From positions 1-18,033 of the forward strand of contig JAWXAY010000014.1 of NCBI GenBank assembly GCA_034439715.1: DNA of 18,033 nucleotides, written 5' to 3'. The stretch comes from Pseudomonadota bacterium. Its GTDB lineage: Bacteria > Bdellovibrionota > Bdellovibrionia > Bdellovibrionales > SG-bin7. Each line of letters starts with the position of its first letter. Within the stretch, counting starts at the first letter, position 1. Shown here piece after piece: positions 1 through 7,288 of this stretch. The translations under genes were made by a program, and so were the position numbers. The notes beneath the pieces are model-generated. The model did no database searches, had not been told where the DNA came from, and saw only the letters and a program-made list of their open reading frames with translations.

Positions 1-690
1 ATAAAACAATACATAGGCTGGATGTATGACAAAAAATATAGCTACTCCCATCTTGTAAATACCTCTCTGGGCCTAGAGCACTACACTCGCTACAAAGGAG
101 GAGTCGTTAAACTGACAAGGCCAAAAAAGCCAAGGAGACTTATCAAAGATGTTTTAACTGAGTCCGAAGTTTCACGGTTACTATTAGCCGCCAAAAATAT
201 TCGAACAAAAGCCATGATTTGTTTGCTGTCATATTCAGGCGCTCGAAACAATGAACTTTGCAATATTAAAGTTGAAGACGTTGATTTAGGAGGGAATCAA
301 TTAACAATTCGTGATGGAAAAAATCGCCAAGACGGGGTCATTAATATTTCTGCTGAATGTACCAAAGTCCTGATTGATTACTTACGGGATTATCCGAGAG
401 AAAAAGAAGAATTTTTATTTACGACTCTGGTCAGAAAAAAACAATTAACCACCGGTGATCTTCGAAAAACACTTCGGGTCATGGCAGTAAAAGCTAAAAT
501 TGGACGCAGGGTATTTCCACACTTGCTCCGCCACAGCTTAGCGACCAATCTATTGAACCGAGGGGCTAGTCTAATGATGATCCAACAACAACTTCGCCAC
601 CGGTTTATAGAATCGACAATGATTTATGTTGTTTCAAGGCCTATTCGAAATCGCTCAGAATATGACTTTCATAAACCAGCGTACATGTAA
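1..690 (+). CDS. Tyrosine recombinase/integrase (XerC/D-like), probably 5'-truncated by the window edge
   Basis: Catalytic motifs in order: SGARNNEL (R), GKNRQD (K), PHLLRHS (HxxR), QLRH (H; usually LGH), TMIY (Y). The frame is open from base 1 (IKQYIGW-M), so the ATG at 22 is probably not the true start. Confidence 0.92.
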   Translation: MKQYIGWMYDKKYSYSHLVNTSLGLEHYTRYKGGVVKLTRPKKPRRLIKDVLTESEVSRLLLAAKNIRTKAMICLLSYSGARNNELCNIKVEDVDLGGNQLTIRDGKNRQDGVINISAECTKVLIDYLRDYPREKEEFLFTTLVRKKQLTTGDLRKTLRVMAVKAKIGRRVFPHLLRHSLATNLLNRGASLMMIQQQLRHRFIESTMIYVVSRPIRNRSEYDFHKPAYM

Positions 691-703
691 ATTCTTGGGC
701 TTT

Positions 704-2059
704 CTACCTAGATCCGTGAAGCAAATGCCTCAAGTGATTGGGAGTAATATCGAGGCGACGCGATGCTTCGGTTTTGTTACCGCCAGATTCTTGTAACGCT
801 GCTTTTAAAAAATCGGTCTCTTCGCTCCTCTTCATCTCTCGAAACTTCGAAAACGTAAGACCCGATACGGACTCAACCTGATTGCCATAAAGCTTTAAAT
901 CCAGATCACTCGGGCCAATCATAGATTCATCAGAAATTACTAAATGCTGCTCTACCATTCCTTCAAGCTCACGAACATTGCCTGGCCATGCGTAGCGTTT
1001 GAATACATCAAGGGTTCTACGCTGAAAAAATTTATTTTTCCCACTCTTCTTATTATAGCGATCCGTAAAATGCGCCACTAAGGGCTCGATGTCATCAACG
1101 CGACTCCTGAGCGGAGGTATCTCAACATGGACAACGTTTATCCGATAAAACAAATCTTCGCGAAAGGTTCCATTTGCGATGAGGGTCGCTAAATTTCTGT
1201 GAGTCGCACAAATAATTCGGACGTTTATCTTTTGAGGATTTCTGGCGCCGACCGGAATTATTTCACGTTCCTGTAAAACTCTTAATAATTTTACTTGCAA
1301 CTCCATCGGCATATCACCGATTTCATCTAAAAAAATGGTTCCATGATTGGCAAACTCGAATTTGCCAACCTTGTCAGCGATGGCTCCAGTGAAAGAGCCC
1401 TTTTTGTGGCCAAATAGTTCGGACTCAAGTAGCTCTCTAGGGATGGCCGCGCAATTTATAGCGACGAAATTGCCCTTCGCTCTTGATGACAACTTATGAA
1501 GCGCTTTAGCAACCAATTCCTTACCCGTGCCAGACTCTCCGCAAATAAGCACTGAGGTATCTGAAGCTGCTGCAAATTTTTGAACCCTAGTTGCCAACTC
1601 TGCCGACGCTTGGGACTGCCCAACCATACCAACAGATTCAATTAATTTTCTATTTTCGGATTTTGACATTTCTGGTCGAATAGTGCGAAACGCTTCTTCA
1701 TAACGGTTACAGAATGAAGCCACAGTCGCGAGGAGTTCCGGCGGTGCCAAACTTTTGTCAACGAAGTCCAATGCTCCCGCCCGCATACTGTTTTTTAAGG
1801 CTTCGCGAGACAGATCACACGAATACATCGCGATTTGTTGATTTGGATTCGCCTGATGCGCCAGCGATGCCAAAGTGTCGCCCATCATTTCGGGCATCTG
1901 ATAATCAAAAAGAGCGAGCGCAAACTCTTCCTTTTTCAGAAGTTCAAGAGCCTCGCTCGGTGAGGAACACGTTTTAACTTCATAATTATTAGAATTCAGA
2001 AACGATTGTGTTGCCTTCAACATTTTTAGGTCATCATCGACAATCAATAGTTTATACAA
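704..2059 (-). CDS. Sigma54-dependent response regulator (NtrC/AtoC family: receiver, AAA+ and Fis-type HTH)
   Basis: Receiver LIVDDD...LFDYQMP...K; Walker [27 protein letters not shown] (GAFTGA loop variant); Walker [26 protein letters not shown]-terminal [18 protein letters not shown] helix-turn-helix. Confidence 0.96.
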   Translation of the reverse strand: MYKLLIVDDDLKMLKATQSFLNSNNYEVKTCSSPSEALELLKKEEFALALFDYQMPEMMGDTLASLAHQANPNQQIAMYSCDLSREALKNSMRAGALDFVDKSLAPPELLATVASFCNRYEEAFRTIRPEMSKSENRKLIESVGMVGQSQASAELATRVQKFAAASDTSVLICGESGTGKELVAKALHKLSSRAKGNFVAINCAAIPRELLESELFGHKKGSFTGAIADKVGKFEFANHGTIFLDEIGDMPMELQVKLLRVLQEREIIPVGARNPQKINVRIICATHRNLATLIANGTFREDLFYRINVVHVEIPPLRSRVDDIEPLVAHFTDRYNKKSGKNKFFQRRTLDVFKRYAWPGNVRELEGMVEQHLVISDESMIGPSDLDLKLYGNQVESVSGLTFSKFREMKRSEETDFLKAALQESGGNKTEASRRLDITPNHLRHLLHGSR

Positions 2060-3423
2060 GTTTCACCTCGCAAAATAGGAAACTGAATCGAAATATTTGT
2101 CCCCTTATTTAGTTCGCTCTTAAGTTCAATTTTGGCTAACCTTTTATCGCAAATGTACTTCACCACAGCCAAACCAAGACCAGTTCCAGTCCCCGGCTTT
2201 AGGGTGAACTCTGGATCGAAAACATTTGGCTGGGCCATTTTTGAAATACCTTTGCCGAAATCTTCAATCGAAAGTGTGCCAATATTATTTTCGGTGCTGA
2301 CTCGAACATTGATAACGCTGCCATTTGGCGAAGCATCGGAGGCGTTTTGAACCAAATTAGCAAGAATTCTTGAAATATCAGTCTTTGAAAACGGGCAACG
2401 AATGCTATCTGACTTCGAACTAAATCTGACTTTGATGCCCTTCGATGTAAGGGATTCGTTTTCCGACAATGCTTTTACCTCACTCTCGACCATACTAACC
2501 AATTCAGTATTTTCGGGCGCCGTTTTTTCATTTAAACTTTTGACCTGGGATGCCACACCCGTGACCCTCTTTAAGGAATCTCGAATATCTGTCAAAAGTT
2601 CATTTTGGTCGTTGGAGTGGAGACGTGTTTCAAGCGTCGCAAGATTCAATTGAAGCTGCGCTACGGGAGTCAATAAGTCGTGTGCAATGCCTCTTAGAAG
2701 CAAAAGTCTTGCCTTATCTGTTGCCGTTCGCTCAAAGTTTTCTATTTGTTGAGTTAAGCCATCCAGAGCTTCTTTGAGCGGAATTAATTCGTTGAAAGGT
2801 ACTTGATGCCTGGGGCCAGCATCTTTCGGATTCTCTCTGATACGAGCAGACCAATTTTTAATTTCTGAACCCAAGCTTATTGACGCTACTTTCGAGATTC
2901 TCAAAAAATAAATAATCAGTGCAAAATAGCCGATTGAAAAAATCAGAAAAACCGTAATTAGAAATGACCAATTCAATGAAATAGCTCTTGAAATATAGAG
3001 GTAACGAAAAGGCGTATTATTGGCACTATCCATTGAAATTGGAAATTCAATTCGTGCTGGCCCAAAATAGCCATCAAAACAGGGAACTCCGATAGAAGGG
3101 CATTGCGCAATTTCAAGCCTGTCACCAACTTGGCTATAGATTTTTGAGTGGTCTGCCCTCAATATTTTCACGACTTCGTGCTCTTTTAACAAAAGCAGAT
3201 CGCGCACCTGAGCCTCAACTGAACGAATATCTCCATCAATTATTCGATCTTTAAAGGCCTGAGCTGTTGCTCTGGCGCTTTCCTGGAGACTCGCGGCTGC
3301 TTGCTCACGCGCCAGTAAAAAAGAAGTTGCGGACAAAATAAGTACCAAAGAGCCAAAAATAAGTCCCGCGTACTTAAAAAGCGCTCTCCGAAAAAATGTC
3401 TCTATAGTTCGCGTCTGAGTCAT
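2044..3423 (-). CDS. Membrane-bound sensor histidine kinase (two TM segments, extracytoplasmic domain, HisKA, HATPase_c)
   Basis: Hydrophobic segments AGLIFGSLVLILSATSFLLA and FLITVFLIFSIGYFALIIYF; H-box GIAHDLLTPV; N-box ILANLVQNASDA; G1 DFGKGI; F-box VFDPEFT; G2 GTGLGL. Overlaps the regulator start by 16 nt. Confidence 0.95.
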   Translation of the reverse strand: MTQTRTIETFFRRALFKYAGLIFGSLVLILSATSFLLAREQAAASLQESARATAQAFKDRIIDGDIRSVEAQVRDLLLLKEHEVVKILRADHSKIYSQVGDRLEIAQCPSIGVPCFDGYFGPARIEFPISMDSANNTPFRYLYISRAISLNWSFLITVFLIFSIGYFALIIYFLRISKVASISLGSEIKNWSARIRENPKDAGPRHQVPFNELIPLKEALDGLTQQIENFERTATDKARLLLLRGIAHDLLTPVAQLQLNLATLETRLHSNDQNELLTDIRDSLKRVTGVASQVKSLNEKTAPENTELVSMVESEVKALSENESLTSKGIKVRFSSKSDSIRCPFSKTDISRILANLVQNASDASPNGSVINVRVSTENNIGTLSIEDFGKGISKMAQPNVFDPEFTLKPGTGTGLGLAVVKYICDKRLAKIELKSELNKGTNISIQFPILRGETCINY

Positions 3424-4889
3424 CTAAATCTTACCTTAGAAAAAGCAACGGTTTCATCGCTAGTGGGAACTCTAGATAAATCTATTCCATTTCGCGCAAC
3501 AACGATTGACGAGAAATGAAAAAGAGGGAGCAGACACCCATCTTGCACCGATTGAGTAAACACTTTTCGATACTCAGCATTTCTTTTGGGTTCTTCCCAG
3601 TTTCTAGCGGCAATAGTACGAGTTTTAAAGTCACCACTGCCCTCACCTGAGTTTGGAATAAGGGGTGGGTTCATGCCAAAGAAAAAAGAGACAGCTCCCT
3701 CTACATTAGGATCATTTACGGGAATCGTAGCTACGAGTATATCGTAATTACCTGCGGCCCGTGCTTTATCAAATTCGCTCAGTGGCACCATGATAAACTT
3801 TGGCCTATGTCCGGTTTGCAATTCTATAGATTTTGATAAATTCTCCCTCAACACTTGATCCAAGCGGCCAGACACCGCTAACAATTCAAGAGGCTTCTTG
3901 TTAAATTGGGTCGGCATTATATTTTCAGCTTTTATTTTTTGAAAATCTGGGTCGAATATTACATACCCAGGCGGAAAAAACTGCTGACTTAGACTAAAGC
4001 CCGTCAAACTGTTCGTTAAAACCTTGCGGTCGAGATTCTCATTTAGTGCAAGAAATAATTTTCGTCCCTCAGCGTTTGAAAGTTTTTTACTTGGCACTAG
4101 AAAGAAAATTCTATCTAAATTCCGATTCCATCTAGAAAAATGCTGCTGCTCATATCGTTTTTCTAGCTCTTTTGACATCAACGACGACGATGCAACTATG
4201 TTTGGCCAAGAATCTTCACCAAACCCTTCGTGGTCGCCAGTTGCCTGCGCGCTTGGCTGTCTGATAATAATTTGCTCAGCCATGCCTTTTTCGGTCCCAT
4301 ACCAATGTGAATTTATTAAAAGTGTAAGTTCTTTTTTCGATTCGTGACCCAAAAAGAATGGACCGCTAGTTTTCGCTAGGTTAAGGGAACCATCTGGGCG
4401 AACAAATACAACTCCATACATCGGCTCGGTCAATTTATGTAATAGTAAACTTTTACCAACTGGACGATTCAGCTTGAAAATAATCGTTGATGAATCCCTT
4501 GCCTCAATTGTATCTAGAATTTCAAACAGACTTTTTAGATCATCGCCATAAAGTTTTTTAGCACGATTGAAGCTTTTAATAATCTGGTCTGAATTTATTG
4601 CCGTTCCATCTGACCACTTGGCCTCAGTTCTAATTTTAAAAACGACTTCTTTGTCTGAAGTGCCCTCCACCAGCTTTGCGATTCCATCTTTGAGATTTCT
4701 AGAGGGCGTCCAGTCCACCAGTGTCGAAGCGAGTGCGTAGGAGAGGTCGAGATCAACGAGTGTTTTCACATTTGCCGGATCGACAGGGCGCCCAAATGAC
4801 ATATACGTTTTGATAACTCTAGATTGTTGCGCCACAGCGCCCCCCTCGCAAACACAAAAAATTAAAGCCAGCAGTAATTTCATTTTCAT
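3420..4889 (-). CDS. Family-5 (OppA/DppA-like) extracytoplasmic solute-binding protein with no adjacent permease
   Basis: N-terminal signal peptide (MKMKLLLALIFCVCEGGAVA); SBP_bac_5-like motifs FKIRTEAKWSDGTAINSDQIIKSF, TIIFKLNRP, SGPF; size 489 aa. ATGA overlaps with both neighbours. Confidence 0.8.
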   Translation of the reverse strand: MKMKLLLALIFCVCEGGAVAQQSRVIKTYMSFGRPVDPANVKTLVDLDLSYALASTLVDWTPSRNLKDGIAKLVEGTSDKEVVFKIRTEAKWSDGTAINSDQIIKSFNRAKKLYGDDLKSLFEILDTIEARDSSTIIFKLNRPVGKSLLLHKLTEPMYGVVFVRPDGSLNLAKTSGPFFLGHESKKELTLLINSHWYGTEKGMAEQIIIRQPSAQATGDHEGFGEDSWPNIVASSSLMSKELEKRYEQQHFSRWNRNLDRIFFLVPSKKLSNAEGRKLFLALNENLDRKVLTNSLTGFSLSQQFFPPGYVIFDPDFQKIKAENIMPTQFNKKPLELLAVSGRLDQVLRENLSKSIELQTGHRPKFIMVPLSEFDKARAAGNYDILVATIPVNDPNVEGAVSFFFGMNPPLIPNSGEGSGDFKTRTIAARNWEEPKRNAEYRKVFTQSVQDGCLLPLFHFSSIVVARNGIDLSRVPTSDETVAFSKVRFR

Positions 4890-5185
4890 TTTTCATTCAT
4901 TATTGAACCAAAGCAACTCGGGTTAGCCAAGTGCTTAAGCCCCGCCTCTGATTTTGGAATAAAAATTATTTTTTCATTCTCATCCAGTCCTACAGCGATC
5001 TCGTCCCAGTCAATAATAATATTTTTTGTGATATTAGCGACCTCTTCAGTGATTTGCTGCCGCTGCTCTGGAGGAAGATTCTCAATCGGTGTGAACGATT
5101 GTCCATCCGCGTGTGCAGTTGATACTTGGAATACTCCTATCATGGCAAACAAAGCCGCAGATCTCGTCGTTTTGTTATTTTTCAC
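4886..5185 (-). CDS. Small secreted protein (99 aa); candidate YcaO substrate / signal precursor
   Basis: In-frame GTG at 5185 lies 7 nt after AAGGAG and just past the ycaO stop (5202), a better start than 5227. Sec signal MKNNKTTRSAALFAMIGVFQVSTAHA; acidic mature region; single Cys in C-terminal NPSCFG. Stop overlaps the SBP ATG. The precursor role is inference. Confidence 0.75.
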   Translation of the reverse strand: MKNNKTTRSAALFAMIGVFQVSTAHADGQSFTPIENLPPEQRQQITEEVANITKNIIIDWDEIAVGLDENEKIIFIPKSEAGLKHLANPSCFGSIMNEK

Positions 5186-5201
5186 CTTCGTACTCCTTTT
5201 G

Positions 5202-6209
5202 TTATGAAACAATATGAGGCTTCTCATTTATCGGTTCAGTTTTTAAATTTAGTCTTTCTATTCCTTTTTCTCTTAGGAGGGTTTCTATATTGGTCGATTG
5301 CCACTTAAGCGTCAGTGCTAGGGGATGATGAGCAAAGCCGACATGGGTCGGTATACTCATCACTTGTTGGTAGCAAAAGCGACGGTCCTTAAGGCAATGT
5401 TTTACATTCTCACCCCAAAATGATTTCACCAATTCAAAGGGTTCAGATTTACCAAACATCCACGAGGGAAAGGGTTCATGATAGGCGTAAAATAGCGCAT
5501 GAGCACTTGGGCCTACAAACCCCAAGTCAGTTTCTTTTAACTTGAGTGTGTCTTTCCAATGAGCCTTTCGGATTGACGCGTGGGCGGCTCGACAAGCTTC
5601 AGAAATCGCGCTAGAAATAGCATCTTCCAAAGTGGCTCTAGTAGAGTGAGCGCTGACGCCAAAGCCATTTTTATTCATCAAAATACATGTCACCGATGGG
5701 CCAAGGCCTTTGGTTGAAATTAGAAATTTCAATATTGGAAATTCTGAGCGAGATAATTCCGACTTTTGCCATGAGATAATTTCTAAAGGTAGTTGATCTT
5801 GTTCAAGCTGGGTGAACGGAGTTTTTGTGTACCACTGAGCCAAAACGGCATCTCTTTCGACCAATTCCAAGATTGCATTCATCCTCGCTTGATCTTTTGT
5901 GGGATGGGCGGCCCAGCCGTTACTTGTTTCAGCGCCATATTGACCGCCAAAGGCCAAGAGCGCAGATCGCTCAATCAATTCTGATATGGCCTTGTTCATT
6001 CCGGTGTCTTGATCGTCTGACTCTCCGCAGACAATTATTTCTCGATTATTTAAAACTGCGGAAATATCTGTGATGTACTTAGAGAAGCGAAAGCCAATGG
6101 GGCGTCGGCCAGTTTCAATGCGAATAGATTCGTAAGAAAATGGAAGGGCCGACTTTAAGTGCGACCGACCTGAATTAAATGTCTCTTCCTTTTGAATCGC
6201 CGCAATCAT
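5202..6209 (-). CDS. YcaO-family ATP-dependent peptide backbone-modifying enzyme (compact, 335 aa)
   Basis: ATP/Mg-binding signatures KAISELIER, TSNGWAAH, AILELVERDA and later AISEA; Pro-His C-terminus (EKPHIVS); G-rich RBS (GGCGGGGG) upstream of ATG 6209. Confidence 0.85.
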   Translation of the reverse strand: MIAAIQKEETFNSGRSHLKSALPFSYESIRIETGRRPIGFRFSKYITDISAVLNNREIIVCGESDDQDTGMNKAISELIERSALLAFGGQYGAETSNGWAAHPTKDQARMNAILELVERDAVLAQWYTKTPFTQLEQDQLPLEIISWQKSELSRSEFPILKFLISTKGLGPSVTCILMNKNGFGVSAHSTRATLEDAISSAISEACRAAHASIRKAHWKDTLKLKETDLGFVGPSAHALFYAYHEPFPSWMFGKSEPFELVKSFWGENVKHCLKDRRFCYQQVMSIPTHVGFAHHPLALTLKWQSTNIETLLREKGIERLNLKTEPINEKPHIVS

Positions 6210-6260
6210 TCTACCCCCGCCAAAAAATTAAAGGCTCGTCGACCTCTATAATTCTTCTAA

Positions 6261-6277
6261 AGCAATTGAGAGGCCAA
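6261..6277 (-). promoter_or_regulatory. Sigma54 (-24/-12) promoter for the ycaO operon
   Basis: Minus strand reads TTGGCCTCTCAATTGCT: GG-N10-GC with exact canonical spacing, close to TGGCAC-N5-TTGCW, 52 nt upstream of the ycaO ATG. The operon encodes a sigma54 activator. Confidence 0.82.
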
Positions 6278-6383
6278 GACTGGATCAGTGGTGGAATCGG
6301 CAAGAGTTGTAGGTAGTTATGAAATTCCCATCTCAATTTTAAAATGCTTTATAGCACAGAAATCAGTGAAATCACGGTAATAC

Positions 6384-6673
6384 CCACAGAGATTCTGTGG
6401 GTCAGAGATATAATTTTTCTAAAAAACAACAACAACCATTCGATTTTGTAAATGAATTCCACCTAGAGTCATTAACCACAGAGTTTCTGTGGCGGTGTGA
6501 AGATATTACCAAATTAGCATGTTTACGAGCGAACACTACTGCGTGGCCGTCTAAGGATTGTTTGACCCACACAATCTCTGTGCCCCCTCAGAAATTCTGT
6601 GGTTTCGCGTAAACACCAAATTCCTCACCTGAATTTCTGTTTTTCGAGCAAGTAATCCACAGAATCTCTGTGG
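6384..6673. repeat. Array of palindromic CCACAGA-N3-TCTGTGG sites; likely enhancer/operator sites
   Basis: Perfect copies at 6384-6400, 6476-6492 and 6657-6673; one mismatch at 6586-6602; two mismatches at 6567-6583; degenerate copies near 6354-6369 and 6626-6642. Confidence 0.9.
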
Positions 6674-6753
6674 GCAATCGTTTAATTCAAAAAACTAAAA
6701 AACACACCCATTCGTTACTGATCTCAATAAGCTAACTCACTTTTTAAAAAAAG

Positions 6754-6768
6754 TTGGCACACCTTGCA
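6754..6768 (+). promoter_or_regulatory. Sigma54-like promoter elements with non-canonical (2 nt short) spacing
   Basis: TTGGCAC-ACC-TTGCA: both boxes match consensus but GG-to-GC spacing is 8 nt rather than 10. Lies about 57 nt upstream of ATG 6825. Confidence 0.4.
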
Positions 6769-6824
6769 ATTTAAATAGGTGTAGGAACAAAAAAGTTCCC
6801 ACCAAATAACAAGGGGGAGAGGCC

Positions 6825-7040
6825 ATGCCCAAGAAAGCATATTTTACTGATTGCCCACGCTGTGGATTACGTTCATTTGAGCATTTGAGCGACTATGCTC
6901 ATTGCCCAAACTGTCTCTACTTCGAAGATTACTACGAAGACACTGAGACCTGTTACTCCGCAGCCAGAGCAATCGAAATTATTCACATGAGGCCCATTCG
7001 TAAAATTGAGACTGACAAAATTAAAAAAATCGCTTCTTGA
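6825..7040 (+). CDS. Small zinc-ribbon protein (CxxC...CxxC)
   Basis: CPRC-x12-CPNC; strong RBS AAGGGGGAG; first gene of the plus-strand region. Confidence 0.7.
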   Translation: MPKKAYFTDCPRCGLRSFEHLSDYAHCPNCLYFEDYYEDTETCYSAARAIEIIHMRPIRKIETDKIKKIAS

Positions 7041-7062
7041 GCAAAATTCAAATGGAGAATTT

Positions 7063-7275
7063 ATGAAAGACCAAACACAAAACGACGAAATAGAAAAGTA
7101 CAGGAAAGAATCTCTCAATGCGTTTGTTAACGATAAACCCAAAAGCTTTGTTTTCAGAAAAATAAAATATTTTCTGACTCATTTTTTTAAAAAACACTCC
7201 GAATTAGATTTGGAAACTTACAACCTCTTAGAGAGTAAAAAAACAAGGCAGAGTCTACGAAGGAATTTTTTATGA
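7063..7275 (+). CDS. Small basic hypothetical protein (70 aa)
   Basis: ATG 7063 follows GGAG and avoids overlap with the previous gene, so it is preferred over the 7006 start. No recognisable motif. Confidence 0.55.
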   Translation: MKDQTQNDEIEKYRKESLNAFVNDKPKSFVFRKIKYFLTHFFKKHSELDLETYNLLESKKTRQSLRRNFL

Positions 7276-7288
7276 GAGGGGTCGTAAT

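Noticed and set aside
1..690. Integron integrase
   Set aside because: No IntI-specific insertion is visible before the HxxR box, and no attC-like cassette array was seen.
3420..4889. ABC peptide importer operon
   Set aside because: No permease or ABC ATPase genes in the window; the neighbour is a kinase.
4892..4918. SCFGSIM as an agr-type thiolactone autoinducing peptide
   Set aside because: Only superficial similarity; no AgrB-like protein is present, and the regulator is NtrC-type rather than LytTR.
5186..5227. Longer 113-aa start for the small secreted protein
   Set aside because: It overlaps the ycaO 3' end and lengthens the signal n-region; GTG 5185 has a well-spaced AAGGAG.
4886..6209. 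Classical antibiotic TOMM or thioamitide cluster
   Set aside because: No dehydrogenase, E1-like partner, TfuA, protease, exporter or immunity gene, and the peptide is not Cys/Ser/Thr-rich.
6397..6612. 71-aa ORF in the intergenic region
   Set aside because: Non-ATG start inside a palindrome, no RBS, overlaps the repeat array, no recognisable motif.
6384..6673. Spaced palindromic repeats as a CRISPR array
   Set aside because: Repeat only 17 bp with a variable 3-nt centre, intervals of about 74 bp, an off-register extra copy, and no cas genes in the window; this fits protein-binding sites better.
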